From Minisyncoccia bacterium (GTDB lineage Bacteria; Patescibacteriota; Minisyncoccia; Phycocordibacterales; UBA5272), in contig JBBSJU010000002.1 in the NCBI GenBank assembly GCA_038256975.1, positions 1,064 through 65,063 of the forward strand: a stretch of DNA of 64,000 nucleotides, in the 5' to 3' direction. The notes under the pieces are model-generated. The model was not told where the DNA came from and did not search any database. It saw nothing but the letters and a program-made list of their open reading frames with translations. Below are positions 1 through 9,615 of the stretch, piece by piece. Position numbers and translations under genes: made by a program. How positions within the stretch are numbered: the first letter of the stretch is position 1; the number at the start of each line of letters is the position of its first letter.

Positions 1-1226
1 CCAATTTTTGTATTAATAACGTCTCCAGTAATTTGGAATCCTGCTGCAAGACCTCGCAGAGCCTGTTCGTTTCTTTCGTGCATCGCTTCAAGGAGTGACT
101 CACGTGCGGTTTGATCAAAGTTTAGGTTTGAAAAGTCTTGGCGGTAGTATCCAATCTCGACATCTTTGCCGAGCTTTGCGCCTTTTGCTGTGCCGTGGGC
201 AATGGATTCAAGAAGCGTTGTCTTTCCAATTCCATTTGGTCCTGTGAGAAGGAGGTGTTGATTACGACGAAGTTCACGAACAACTTTCTTTTCTGTTGGC
301 TTGTGATTTTTGATGACTGAAAGGGAACTAATGGAAAGGATTTCGCCAGAAATATCCTCCTGGCAAGGAATAGTAAATGGACGTATCGCTTTGTCTTCTT
401 TGCGTACATCGACAATTTCTTCTTCCATTTCTTCTACCTTATCGCGCATTTTTTTTGCTACCAAACGCATTTGGCCTCCTTTCATTGCAAAAAAGTTTGC
501 TTTATCTTTGTTCGCCTGCATTTCTTTTGCGAGTTGAGCATTCTTTCTGTTTTCTCGTTCAATTCGCAAAGCAATTTCTCGAAGCACGGTGTTGTAGTTG
601 CCCGAGTATTGTTCTATTTTTTTTGTATGAACATCAAGATAGAGTACGCCATCTGTAAAGGCATTTAAAAACTCTGCGTCGTGAGAAATAACAATACATG
701 TTTTGTCGTACCGAACAAGAAAATCAGTGAGGTGTTCAATCCCTGTTTTGTCTAAATTGTTGGTTGGCTCATCAAGAAGAAGAATGTCAGGATCTTGAAT
801 GAGTGCTGAGGCAAGCAGAAGACGTGCCTGTTGTCCACCAGAGAAGCTGCGGATAACTCTTTCAAGTGGTGCGTGAAAGTTGACTACTTCGAGTACTTTT
901 TCGATCATTGGATCAAGCGCGTAGATTTTTTTGTCAAAACTTTTTTGAAAAAAATCACGTACGGTGAGGTCGAGGTATTCTCGGGGAATAACTTGCTTGC
1001 TTATTGCAATAGAAATATCTTTATTTTTATTATAGATACCTTCAGTTGGCTTTAGTTCCCCTGTAATAAGTTGAAAAAGGGTGCTCTTTCCAGCGCCATT
1101 TTGCCCCATGATGGTTGTTTTTGTGCCACGTCGAATTGAAAAGTCGACCTCGTGGAGGATCGGCTTTTTTGGTCCGTATTCAAACGAAACCTTCTCAAAA
1201 CGGAGCACTGATTCGCCGGCTGCCAT
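1..1226 (-). CDS. ABC-F family ATP-binding cassette protein (EttA/Uup-like); gene runs off the window start so its C-terminus is missing
   Basis: Reverse-strand translation from ATG at 1226 reads MAAGESVLRFEKVSFEYGP...GQNGAGKST (Walker A)...LSGGQQARL...ILLLDEPTNNLD, a linker, then a second Walker A LLLTGPNGIGKTTL. Frame stays open to position 1. Confidence 0.8.
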   Translation of the reverse strand, partial: MAAGESVLRFEKVSFEYGPKKPILHEVDFSIRRGTKTTIMGQNGAGKSTLFQLITGELKPTEGIYNKNKDISIAISKQVIPREYLDLTVRDFFQKSFDKKIYALDPMIEKVLEVVNFHAPLERVIRSFSGGQQARLLLASALIQDPDILLLDEPTNNLDKTGIEHLTDFLVRYDKTCIVISHDAEFLNAFTDGVLYLDVHTKKIEQYSGNYNTVLREIALRIERENRKNAQLAKEMQANKDKANFFAMKGGQMRLVAKKMRDKVEEMEEEIVDVRKEDKAIRPFTIPCQEDISGEILSISSLSVIKNHKPTEKKVVRELRRNQHLLLTGPNGIGKTTLLESIAHGTAKGAKLGKDVEIGYYRQDFSNLNFDQTARESLLEAMHERNEQALRGLAAGFQITGDVINTKI

Positions 1227-1384
1227 AGTTTGTACATACTACGCTAAAACGACGATTTAGTCTAAGGATTACGGCCTTTATCAGACTTTGGGTATCTCCA
1301 GCACTCATCCTTGTTTTCTTTCCCAGACCTACTCTCACCTCAAGAAAAATGAGGATTCGTTCTTGGTATGCACTAGATCTTATT

Positions 1385-1816
1385 TTAGAGAAGTTGTGTG
1401 GCTGCAATAATGGCTCCGACCCAAGAAAGAGATGATATGCCTCCACTTACAAAAAGAATCACTTTTTGACGCACGGAAACTTCTTTAAAGCTTCGGGTAG
1501 TTGCAATCGTCATATATTTTTCTATCACAAAACTATTCACCACAAGCGCAAAGACAAAAAACATTTTTACAAAGAAAGCATCGCTTTGGCTGACGAGGTA
1601 TTCCTGTAGTGGCAAAAACAAAGTTACACCCGTCACAATCATTCCAGTGAGTCCAACTGTAACTGCGGTGTGGAGTCTGCCAACAATTATGGGATTAAGC
1701 ATCCGCTTTTTTCCATGGAGCCACATTGATGCATAGATGTCTGCCCACAAAACACAGATAATGGTGAGGGTAAGAATTCCTACGTGAATAGGTACGACAA
1801 TATCGTTCATGTGCAT
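1385..1816 (-). CDS. hypothetical integral membrane protein
   Basis: 143-aa ORF with several hydrophobic segments; no recognisable motif. Confidence 0.4.
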   Translation of the reverse strand: MHMNDIVVPIHVGILTLTIICVLWADIYASMWLHGKKRMLNPIIVGRLHTAVTVGLTGMIVTGVTLFLPLQEYLVSQSDAFFVKMFFVFALVVNSFVIEKYMTIATTRSFKEVSVRQKVILFVSGGISSLSWVGAIIAATQLL

Positions 1817-1847
1817 AGTATAACAAATTACTTTATAATACTTTTAT

Positions 1848-2276
1848 ATGAAATACGTTCTTATTATTGTTGCACTTATTGCAGCAGGTGTTATTGGGTA
1901 TACTGTTTTTGAAAAACAAGACACATCAGAAAACATAACACCTGCACCTGTTGTTGTTGAAACAGAAAAGGAAGTAGAGATGGAGAACGAAAAAGAAACG
2001 AAGCCAATAGTGACCCCGACAGAAACGAAACCGATGGTAAAAGTATTTACTATGGCTGAAGTTGCATTGCACGCAGATGCAACGAGTTGTTATTCGGTGG
2101 TAAATGGATCTGTATATGACTTAACAAATTGGATTACAAAACATCCGGGTGGACAGCAGGCAATCAAAGGCCTTTGTGGTAAAGACGGTACGTCCGCCTT
2201 TACTGGCAAACACGGTGGACAACAAAAGCCAGAAACAACGCTTGCAGGATTTGAGATTGGGGTGTTGGTGCAATAG
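1848..2276 (+). CDS. membrane-anchored cytochrome b5-like heme-binding domain protein
   Basis: N-terminal TM helix; C-terminal VYDLTNWITKHPGG...CGKDGTSAF...HG matches the cyt-b5 HPGG heme-binding signature. Confidence 0.6.
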   Translation: MKYVLIIVALIAAGVIGYTVFEKQDTSENITPAPVVVETEKEVEMENEKETKPIVTPTETKPMVKVFTMAEVALHADATSCYSVVNGSVYDLTNWITKHPGGQQAIKGLCGKDGTSAFTGKHGGQQKPETTLAGFEIGVLVQ

Positions 2277-2455
2277 GGTAGGAATAATTGGTTGTATATG
2301 TTATCTTGTATAGGTCGTAAGACATCTTACTGGTTAATCAAATACATATATATGGATCAAATCAACACAACAGATGCAGTTGCTGCAGATGAAGTAGTAA
2401 CTCCAGTAGTAGAAGAGACTCCTGCTCCAACAGAAGAGACTCCTGCAGAGTAAAT

Positions 2456-2484
2456 AAAACCCCGCTTGCGGGGTTTTATTTTAT
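2456..2484. terminator. rho-independent terminator hairpin (bidirectional, between convergent genes)
   Basis: aaaaCCCCGCttgGCGGGGttttatttt: GC stem followed by a T-run. Confidence 0.6.
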
Positions 2485-2993
2485 TCGGCAATCGTGTACT
2501 TTTTATGCAGAGTAATGGGTAAACCTGCGGCTGTAGCTTTATCGATAGTGTCTTGAGTGCCAGTACTTTCATTTACTTGAAAAGCAAATACTTCATGTGA
2601 ATAGAGTACTTCTTGGTCATGTCGGAGATCATGTTCATCTTGAGAAATATTTGTATATGGCAGCTCCATAAGGCTCACGGGATTTGTTTCTTTAATTTTT
2701 GTAAGTACGTTCGCAAGTTCGTTTATGTTTTCCGTTGTGATGGGTTCAAGACACCAATTCTCTTGGTAGTCTTTGATGTAGTTTTCGAGGCTTGTGGGGA
2801 TTATTACACGCAGATGCGAAGCATTCGGATTCATTTTCAATGCTTCATCCATGGCAAAGAAGTCTACTCCAGTTGCTCCGCCTGTAACGATTCCATCTCC
2901 GCGTTCTAAAACTTCTCGGGTAGCTTTTCGAACATCAGCTTCAACCTCACTATTTGTGAGTCTCCATGTGCCTGTAAATAAAATCCATTTCAT
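2481..2993 (-). CDS. SLOG/DprA-like Rossmann-fold nucleotide-binding protein (DUF2493/YspA-like)
   Basis: ILFTGTWR...GDGIVTGGATGVDFFAMDEAL resembles the glycine-rich loop of DprA/LOG/SLOG-clade Rossmann proteins. Confidence 0.4.
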   Translation of the reverse strand: MKWILFTGTWRLTNSEVEADVRKATREVLERGDGIVTGGATGVDFFAMDEALKMNPNASHLRVIIPTSLENYIKDYQENWCLEPITTENINELANVLTKIKETNPVSLMELPYTNISQDEHDLRHDQEVLYSHEVFAFQVNESTGTQDTIDKATAAGLPITLHKKYTIAE

Positions 2994-3039
2994 AAACTAT
3001 TGGGTAGTGTTATTTTAACATTTTAATTACAAGACCACT

Positions 3040-3399
3040 TTATCTGTAGCCTTTCTTTAGGAAGTCAAAAAATCCCCAAAGTGATAGAAGGAGAGTCACT
3101 GTTAGTATTATTGAAAAATGAAGCATCTCAAAAGGTATCTGCAAGAAATAATATAAATATGCTCCGGCAAAAAACCCTGCCAAGCCAAAAACCATATCCA
3201 TTGTGACATTGATAGAAGGTTCAGATATTTTAGTTATCCATTCAAAAACTTCCCAGAGGAGTAATAAGATAGTTGAGGTAAGCAATGCTGATAAAAAAGT
3301 ATAGTCGAGGGCAAAGAAAGTTGCCCCAAGAAGAAAGCCAGACAGAAAATGTACTACTGACCAAAGGTCTGCATATTTCCCATGTTTCCAAATATCCAT
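3040..3399 (-). CDS. hypothetical membrane protein (3-4 TM)
   Basis: 119-aa hydrophobic ORF directly upstream of, and co-oriented with, the SLOG-like gene. Confidence 0.4.
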   Translation of the reverse strand: MDIWKHGKYADLWSVVHFLSGFLLGATFFALDYTFLSALLTSTILLLLWEVFEWITKISEPSINVTMDMVFGLAGFFAGAYLYYFLQIPFEMLHFSIILTVTLLLSLWGFFDFLKKGYR

Positions 3400-3531
3400 A
3401 CTCGAATTGTAGCATTATTTTAGGGGTGGATTATTTGATCCAAATAGACATCGTTTCTAATTCGTGGTACGAATTAATTGATTCTGATCTTTAGAAAAAA
3501 TCACAACTCACTTGAAAAAGAGAGGTGTAAC

Positions 3532-3903
3532 ATGGGTAAGGTGGTGCAACTCTTCCCAAGAAAAAGTCTTCCTGCTGAGCCGGAGGTGTCATCTAAGCCA
3601 CATCAGGAAAGTTGTGATGTGGGTAAAGCTCTTGATTCTCTTGGGCAGGGTAGTGACTTGTCGAAGACCCTCAAGTATCTTTTTAGGGGCATGTCAATCA
3701 CCATGGAGATGGATGCGTTCCTCAGGTCTTTGAAAGGGCATGTCTTGGTGACAGCTATCGCTTCTCAGCGTAGCGTGGTTGCTGGGTACTCAGATCAGCA
3801 GCTTCGCGAAATGTTGCAAAGGAGCACTGAGAGCCAATGGAAGGGAAAACCCGCTTTCTTCCGGACACTTTCGCAAGAAATAAGGCACAGGAAACTAAAG
3901 TGA
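3532..3903 (+). CDS. hypothetical protein
   Basis: ORF preceded by agagaggtg then ATG (MGKVVQLFPRK...); followed by a terminator-like hairpin. Confidence 0.4.
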   Translation: MGKVVQLFPRKSLPAEPEVSSKPHQESCDVGKALDSLGQGSDLSKTLKYLFRGMSITMEMDAFLRSLKGHVLVTAIASQRSVVAGYSDQQLREMLQRSTESQWKGKPAFFRTLSQEIRHRKLK

Positions 3904-3946
3904 CCCGCCCACCGACAAAATCGTCAGGAGGGCGGTTTTGTTTTGG
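3904..3946 (+). terminator. terminator-like hairpin plus T-run
   Basis: cccgccc...gggcgg followed by ttttgtttt. Confidence 0.4.
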
Positions 3947-3970
3947 TTGATTTGAACAAAGAGTGTATAT

Positions 3971-4306
3971 TTGCGACAGATTAGCTCATTGGAGGTCGCC
4001 ATGAATGTGTTTAGCATCAACTCTTTTCGTGAAGAAAAGAGAAGAATAAAGAGGGAAAAGAGAGGTCTGTTCAGAATTTTGGGCACAAGTTTGCAAAGAG
4101 CAAACAAAGAGCATCAGTGTGATAGGTGCATCAGCCCAATCTATCCTGGCGAGGAGTATCGTCGGAACGTTTTTCTGGCTAAAGGAGTTTTGGTGGAAAA
4201 ATACCACTATCCCTGCTGTCCAGGCCCAACGTTTGACGATTGGACTAACAAAGAAATAGAACGTCAGCGCGAAGAAGAACGGAAGGGGGAACGTCAGGTT
4301 GCTTAA
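3971..4306 (+). CDS. hypothetical Cys-containing small protein
   Basis: 111-aa ORF containing CDRC...CCPGP; no family assigned. Confidence 0.3.
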   Translation: MRQISSLEVAMNVFSINSFREEKRRIKREKRGLFRILGTSLQRANKEHQCDRCISPIYPGEEYRRNVFLAKGVLVEKYHYPCCPGPTFDDWTNKEIERQREEERKGERQVA

Positions 4307-4350
4307 AGGCTTCGGAAAATTGAAGCCTTTTTATTTGCCACGAAGTGGAA

Positions 4351-4773
4351 CTAGTATGCAACAGACTTCAAAATCAATTCTTTAGCTTTTTCATTAATAA
4401 AATCTGAAGGAATCTCTAAAAGACTGAACCATGACCATTCAGAAAATTTCTCAGGCTCCATAAGTTTTGATTCATCATTTGTTGTGCCAGTAAACACTAA
4501 AACATTATCGCCTTCTTTTGCACCCGGAACTTCTCCCAAATAATCACCGATAGTTAAATTCTTGATTCCTGTTTCTTCAAATACTTCTCTTCTTAAAGTT
4601 GTTTCGATACTTTCACCCTCGTCACACCTTCCACCTGGTAGAGTCCAAACAGAAATATTTTTCCATGTATCGGTTTTGTAATGCCTATGACCCAAAAGTA
4701 TTTTGTTATTTTTTATTATTGCAATAACTGGGCAAGTGATCGAATTACCTATTTTTGAGAGTTGATCTTGCAT
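4351..4773 (-). CDS. NUDIX hydrolase
   Basis: Nudix box GGRCDEGESIETTLRREVFEETGI (GX5EX7REUXEEXGU). Confidence 0.8.
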   Translation of the reverse strand: MQDQLSKIGNSITCPVIAIIKNNKILLGHRHYKTDTWKNISVWTLPGGRCDEGESIETTLRREVFEETGIKNLTIGDYLGEVPGAKEGDNVLVFTGTTNDESKLMEPEKFSEWSWFSLLEIPSDFINEKAKELILKSVAY

Positions 4774-4825
4774 AAAATTATTATAGCAAAAAGGTTGGCT
4801 GCAGGTCTGAGACGAAATTGGAACC

Positions 4826-5275
4826 TTATTGAATTTCGATACTATTCGGTAAATCTTCTCGAAATACCTGTATCTTTTCGATGGGGGTTACATTTGAATA
4901 GCTTACGTATTCCACACCATCCTCTTCGCGCTGCCTAAAAAGATTCTTATCAAATACATATACCCATCCTGAAGCAATTTCCGCTAGTTGCGAAAGTGTG
5001 TCCGGAGTAGCTTTATATTTCATAATTCCAGAAGAGGTGCCAGCAGAAGAGTGGTATCCTTTTGGACAGTTAAGTTCATTGATAATTGCCATGAAGATAG
5101 CATATTCAACTATGCTCGATGCGAATATTGCTGGCTCACCATCAGGATGATTTTTTCCGTCAATATAGTTATGTGCTTGGCGGGGTTCGAATACTTCGAT
5201 ACTAGATTCGGAGCCGTGAAAGACATATTTCCCAGTCGCTTCTAATTCTAGTAATTTCTCTTTAGCTGGGGACAT
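4826..5275 (-). CDS. hypothetical protein
   Basis: 149-aa ORF co-oriented with the Nudix gene; no motif recognised. Confidence 0.35.
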   Translation of the reverse strand: MSPAKEKLLELEATGKYVFHGSESSIEVFEPRQAHNYIDGKNHPDGEPAIFASSIVEYAIFMAIINELNCPKGYHSSAGTSSGIMKYKATPDTLSQLAEIASGWVYVFDKNLFRQREEDGVEYVSYSNVTPIEKIQVFREDLPNSIEIQ

Positions 5276-5486
5276 AAAAGAACTATATCAAATCTTTTAG
5301 ATTGTGATATTGGGTTTTAATTTGCTGAGATCTTCGAGCAAGAACCTTACTCGGACAAGTCCTGTAATGCTATTTATAATAAATTTAATATATCAAGACG
5401 ACGGTCCTTGAGCACTTTGGAAAGTGACAAAAGTGACAGGGGATAGGGTATAAAAGGTTACAAGAAGACGTCACTTTCAATGGTTC

Positions 5487-7145
5487 TTAGTTGTTACCTG
5501 TACGGATAAACTTTTTTATATCGTCAAATGTGCCGCCAACCTTTTTCCTCGGGTTAAGAATGTAGAGGGGGTCAAAGATCTCTTTTGTTTGTTTAAAAAG
5601 TTTATACACATCGGCGCCAAACATTTGAGATAAAAATGGTGTGCGGATAATGCCATCGTTATGCTCTGCGGTGATTGAGCCATTGTAGAGGTGAATTAAG
5701 TCGTATACTTTTTTTGAGAGTTCTAAAATGATATCTCGTGTTTCTGGCAAGGCAAGATCCATGAGTGGAATGATATGAAAATTACCATCTCCTGCGTGCC
5801 CAGCGATTGTGTATGTTAGGTTGTATTCCTTCAGAAGTGCTTGGAGCTTTGGTAAAAACGAAGCCATGTGCTCAGGGCATACGATAAGGTCGTCGATAAA
5901 CGGAGCGGTGCGTCTTCCTGTCATGTGTTTTCGGAGCATGTTAAAACTTTCTCGACGTATTTTCCAATATTTTTCAGCTTCTTTGTTATTTTTTGCTATG
6001 TGACTTTTAAGTCCATATTTACTTGTGACAGCGGCTACTTTTTCAAGTTGTTGCTTAATATTTTTTTGGTCATTTCCTGCGAATTCAACAAGTAGGGTTA
6101 ATTTTGGAATTCCGCCAGTGAGTATCATTTTTGCTTCAGGCAGAAAACGAAATCCAAGTTTAATGGTTTCTATAAAACCCAGGTACTTAAAAAAATCAAA
6201 GAAAAAACGTACCGCAAGCCTCATACTGTAATCGTCGTAAGATTCAAAGCTGTCAGGTTTTAAAGCAACAATGTCGCGTACGATATCACCAAGGTTTTCA
6301 AGTGACGGCATAAAAACCGCAACAACATTCGAATATTTTTCGATTGGAACAAGTGAGAAAGTTATTTCAGTTATGATACCGAGTGTTCCTTGAGATCCAG
6401 TGATTAGTTTACAGAGGTCAAAAGTTTGTGTTTTTTCATCCCAAATATCCCATAGCGCGTATCCTGCTGAGTTTTTAGATACATTTGGTTTTGCTTTTTT
6501 GAGCGCACTTTCATTTGTGCGGATGAGTGTTAAAATTGCTTTGTAAAGATTTCCTTCAAAAGTTGCATGTTGTGTTTTTATTTCAAGTTCTGATTTGGTA
6601 AGAGGAGATATATCGTATACGTTTCCATCAGTGAAAACTACCTTTAGTTTTTGTACGTAGCGTTCTGTTTTTCCAAACTTAATAGTTTTCTCACCACCAC
6701 TATTATTAGCAACCATGCCTCCGACAGTACAGAGATCTTTTGACGCGGTGTAACTTGGAAGCATTGATCCAAACTGTCCGACTACTTTTTCAAAATCTCG
6801 ATAGTAGCATCCTGGCTCAACAGTTACTTGCGTAGCTCCAACCTCAGTTATTTTGTTAATGTATTTTGTAAAATCGAGAATAATCGAATCATTGAGTGGC
6901 CCCCCAGACATATCTGTTCCTGCTGATCTAGCCGTGATAGAAAGTTTTGGAAATTCTTTTTTATGCTCTTGTACAAAACGAATAATTGTTTGAACATCTT
7001 TCGTGTGCTTTGGGTAAATAACAACTTGCGGAGTGATTTCGAAGATACTGGCATCCCGAGAGTAGGTTTTACGTGTTGCAACATCAGTTAAAACATCTCC
7101 ATCGAGTAGTGGGGCAAGTTTTTCAAAAAGGGTTGTGTTTGGCAT
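5487..7145 (-). CDS. FAD-linked oxidase (GlcD / D-lactate dehydrogenase-like, FAD-binding PCMH type)
   Basis: 552 aa; N-terminal FAD-binding region (RSAGTDMSGGPLNDSIILDF...VEPGCYYRDFEKVVG...GGMVANNSGG) and C-terminal oxidase domain (HAGDGNFH). Confidence 0.8.
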   Translation of the reverse strand: MPNTTLFEKLAPLLDGDVLTDVATRKTYSRDASIFEITPQVVIYPKHTKDVQTIIRFVQEHKKEFPKLSITARSAGTDMSGGPLNDSIILDFTKYINKITEVGATQVTVEPGCYYRDFEKVVGQFGSMLPSYTASKDLCTVGGMVANNSGGEKTIKFGKTERYVQKLKVVFTDGNVYDISPLTKSELEIKTQHATFEGNLYKAILTLIRTNESALKKAKPNVSKNSAGYALWDIWDEKTQTFDLCKLITGSQGTLGIITEITFSLVPIEKYSNVVAVFMPSLENLGDIVRDIVALKPDSFESYDDYSMRLAVRFFFDFFKYLGFIETIKLGFRFLPEAKMILTGGIPKLTLLVEFAGNDQKNIKQQLEKVAAVTSKYGLKSHIAKNNKEAEKYWKIRRESFNMLRKHMTGRRTAPFIDDLIVCPEHMASFLPKLQALLKEYNLTYTIAGHAGDGNFHIIPLMDLALPETRDIILELSKKVYDLIHLYNGSITAEHNDGIIRTPFLSQMFGADVYKLFKQTKEIFDPLYILNPRKKVGGTFDDIKKFIRTGNN

Positions 7146-7164
7146 GGGGTACTTTGCAGATAAT

Positions 7165-7181
7165 GTATACTTTCAGTATAC
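7165..7181. promoter_or_regulatory. 17-nt palindrome upstream of the com-like/nrdDG operon (possible operator, NrdR-box-like)
   Basis: GTATACTttcAGTATAC inverted repeat about 40 nt upstream of a sigma70-like promoter. Confidence 0.3.
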
Positions 7182-7218
7182 GCTTTGTAGGCTTGTAAAT
7201 GAAAGGTGAAAGTATAAA

Positions 7219-7247
7219 TTGACAGACACCCCCAGGGCGCATATTAT
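7219..7247 (+). promoter_or_regulatory. sigma70-like promoter
   Basis: TTGACA, 17-nt spacer, TATTAT; lies very close to the GTG start at 7262, so the transcript may be nearly leaderless. Confidence 0.35.
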
Positions 7248-7261
7248 GAAAGGATACTTTT

Positions 7262-7459
7262 GTGATACCTGCTGCTTACCATGAATACCGATGTAAAGAG
7301 TGCAAAAAACTCTTTTTCAAAGGTATTTTGGTAGATAGTGAGGTAGAAGTAAAATGTAAGAAGTGTGGAAACATCGAAGTGTTGAAAGGTGTTGATTCAA
7401 GTAAGTTGATCTGCTTGAAACATCCGTGTCCACACAGGGTGGTGCTACCAAGTAAATGA
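7262..7459 (+). CDS. Mu Com-like zinc-ribbon protein (zf-Com family)
   Basis: GTG start; YRCKECKKLFFKG...EVKCKKCGNIEVL parallels phage Mu Com IRCKNCNKLLFKA...EIRCPRCKRHIIML (two CxxC pairs and the LFK motif). Confidence 0.55.
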   Translation: MIPAAYHEYRCKECKKLFFKGILVDSEVEVKCKKCGNIEVLKGVDSSKLICLKHPCPHRVVLPSK

Positions 7460-7542
7460 TGCGGAGGTAAATATACATAGAGGCTCTCGAAGCCCACCAG
7501 AGAATGGTTGGGTATTTTTTGTGTAAAAAATTAAATAAAATT

Positions 7543-9615
7543 ATGAAATCAATTGATTATGTGCAAAAACGAGATGGGCGAACAGTGCTGTTTGATAATT
7601 CAAAAATAATCGCAGCACTTCAGAAGGCTGTAGATAGCACAAATGAGATAACGAGAGATCAGATGGCAAAGATGTCTCTATGTATTTTGGAAAAAGTTAG
7701 AATCTTGCCGCATCCTTTTAATGTAGAAAGGATTCAAGATATTGTTGAAATTGAGCTTATCCGTGCAAACTTTCCTGCCACAGCAAAAGCATATATTTTA
7801 TACAGAGAAAAAAGACGTCAAGCACGTGAAAATAAGCACGTGTTTATAGATGTTGAAAAGACAATGGACGAATATCTTAATCGATCTGATTGGCGAGTGA
7901 ATGCAAACGCAAATCAAGGATATTCGCTCGGTGGACTTATATTGAATGCTTCAGGAAAACTGATAGCAAATTATTGGCTTAATAAAATATACAGCGAAAG
8001 AATAAGAACGGCACACGTTGAAGGTGATATACATATTCATGACTTAGATATGTTTTCTGGATATTGTGCGGGGTGGAGTTTACGACAACTTCTTGAAGAA
8101 GGTTTTAATGGTGTTCCAGGAAAAACAGAGTCACTACCACCAAAACACCTTGAATCCGCACTTTCCCAGATGGTTAATTTTTTAGGAACACTACAAAATG
8201 AATGGGCGGGTGCGCAGGCATTTTCTTCATTCGACACATATCTTGCTCCCTATGTTAAGCAAGATGCAATGAACTACTTACAGGTGAAACAAGCAATACA
8301 GCAGTTCGTATTTAATCTCAACGTGCCATCTCGCTGGGGAACGCAGACGCCATTTACCAACATTACACTCGACTGGGTGTGCCCTTCTGACATGAAAGAT
8401 CAAAAACCAACGATTGGAAAGAATACCTGTAGTTTTTCATACGGTGACTGTAAGACGGAAATGGACATGATAAATAAGGCGTTTATTGAGGTCATGACAG
8501 AAGGTGACGCAAAAGGACGTATTTTTACTTTTCCAATTCCTACCTACAACATCACGAAGGATTTTGACTGGGAAAATGAAAATGCACAAGCTTTATTTGA
8601 AATGACAGCAAAGTTTGGTATACCGTATTTCCAAAACTTTATGAATTCTGACTTAAATCCAAGTGATGTAAGAAGTATGTGTTGTCGGCTTCAGTTGGAT
8701 CTTCGGGAATTACGTGCACGTGGGGGAGGGTTGTTTGGTTCTGCTGAGATGACGGGGAGTGTCGGGGTAGTAACGCTTAATATGCCGCGCATAGGATATG
8801 TGTCAAAAACAAAAGAAGAATTTTTTGAAAGACTTGGTGAGTTAATGGATATTGCAAAAGAGTCACTTGAGCTTAAGCGAAAAGTTGTGACACAAAATAT
8901 AGAGCAAGGACTTCTTCCGTATACAAAACGATATCTCAAGACACTTCATAATCATTTCGCAACAATCGGACTTAACGGCATGAATGAATGCGCACTTAAT
9001 TTTCTCGGAAAGGACATCTCTACTGAAGACGGCACAAACTTTACTCTCGAAGTGTTAGATTTTATGAGAAAAAAACTCTCCGATTATCAGGAAGAGACAG
9101 GAAACCTGTACAATCTTGAGGCCACACCCGCAGAAGGAACAACGTATCGTTTCGCAAAAGAAGATAAAAAACGTTTTCCAGAAATAATTCAGCAAGGTAC
9201 TCCAACAGCGCCATACTACACAAATTCCACTCATTTACCCGTGGGCTATACGGAAGATCCTCTTATGGCATTAGATCACCAAGACCAGTTGCAGACAAAA
9301 TATACAGGAGGTACAGTGCTGCACCTCTTTCTTGGTGAGAAAGTTCGTGATTGGAAAACGTGTCGTGAATTTGTAAAAAAAGTAGCTGGACGGTACCGTC
9401 TTCCATACTTCACTATCACTCCAACGTTTAGTGTGTGTCCAACGCATGGGTACTTGGTTGGAGAACACCAGCATTGTCCAACATGTACCACAGAGTGTGA
9501 GGTATGGTCTCGTATAGTTGGCTATTTTAGGCCAGTTAAAGAATGGAACAAGGGCAAAAAAAGTGAATATGCTGAACGAATTGAATATCGTGTGCTTGTA
9601 GAAGAAAAAGTATGA
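7543..9615 (+). CDS. nrdD: anaerobic ribonucleoside-triphosphate reductase (class III RNR)
   Basis: ATP-cone start (VQKRDGRTVLFDNSKI), C-terminal Zn ribbon CPTCTTEC, glycyl radical motif SRIVGYF. An alternative in-frame start at 7504 is possible. Confidence 0.9.
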   Translation: MKSIDYVQKRDGRTVLFDNSKIIAALQKAVDSTNEITRDQMAKMSLCILEKVRILPHPFNVERIQDIVEIELIRANFPATAKAYILYREKRRQARENKHVFIDVEKTMDEYLNRSDWRVNANANQGYSLGGLILNASGKLIANYWLNKIYSERIRTAHVEGDIHIHDLDMFSGYCAGWSLRQLLEEGFNGVPGKTESLPPKHLESALSQMVNFLGTLQNEWAGAQAFSSFDTYLAPYVKQDAMNYLQVKQAIQQFVFNLNVPSRWGTQTPFTNITLDWVCPSDMKDQKPTIGKNTCSFSYGDCKTEMDMINKAFIEVMTEGDAKGRIFTFPIPTYNITKDFDWENENAQALFEMTAKFGIPYFQNFMNSDLNPSDVRSMCCRLQLDLRELRARGGGLFGSAEMTGSVGVVTLNMPRIGYVSKTKEEFFERLGELMDIAKESLELKRKVVTQNIEQGLLPYTKRYLKTLHNHFATIGLNGMNECALNFLGKDISTEDGTNFTLEVLDFMRKKLSDYQEETGNLYNLEATPAEGTTYRFAKEDKKRFPEIIQQGTPTAPYYTNSTHLPVGYTEDPLMALDHQDQLQTKYTGGTVLHLFLGEKVRDWKTCREFVKKVAGRYRLPYFTITPTFSVCPTHGYLVGEHQHCPTCTTECEVWSRIVGYFRPVKEWNKGKKSEYAERIEYRVLVEEKV

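Noticed and set aside
2357-2572. 71-aa minus-strand ORF, and a 33-aa plus-strand acidic peptide ORF (2353..2454), in the intergenic region
   Set aside because: The minus ORF spans the terminator hairpin and has low-complexity T/S/V composition. The short plus ORF has no SD and cannot be supported.
7504-7542. Longer nrdD start at 7504 (MVGYFLCKKLNKI...)
   Set aside because: The ATP-cone domain begins at MKSIDYVQKRDGR (7543), and the extra 13 residues have no counterpart in NrdD. Kept as a possible alternative only.
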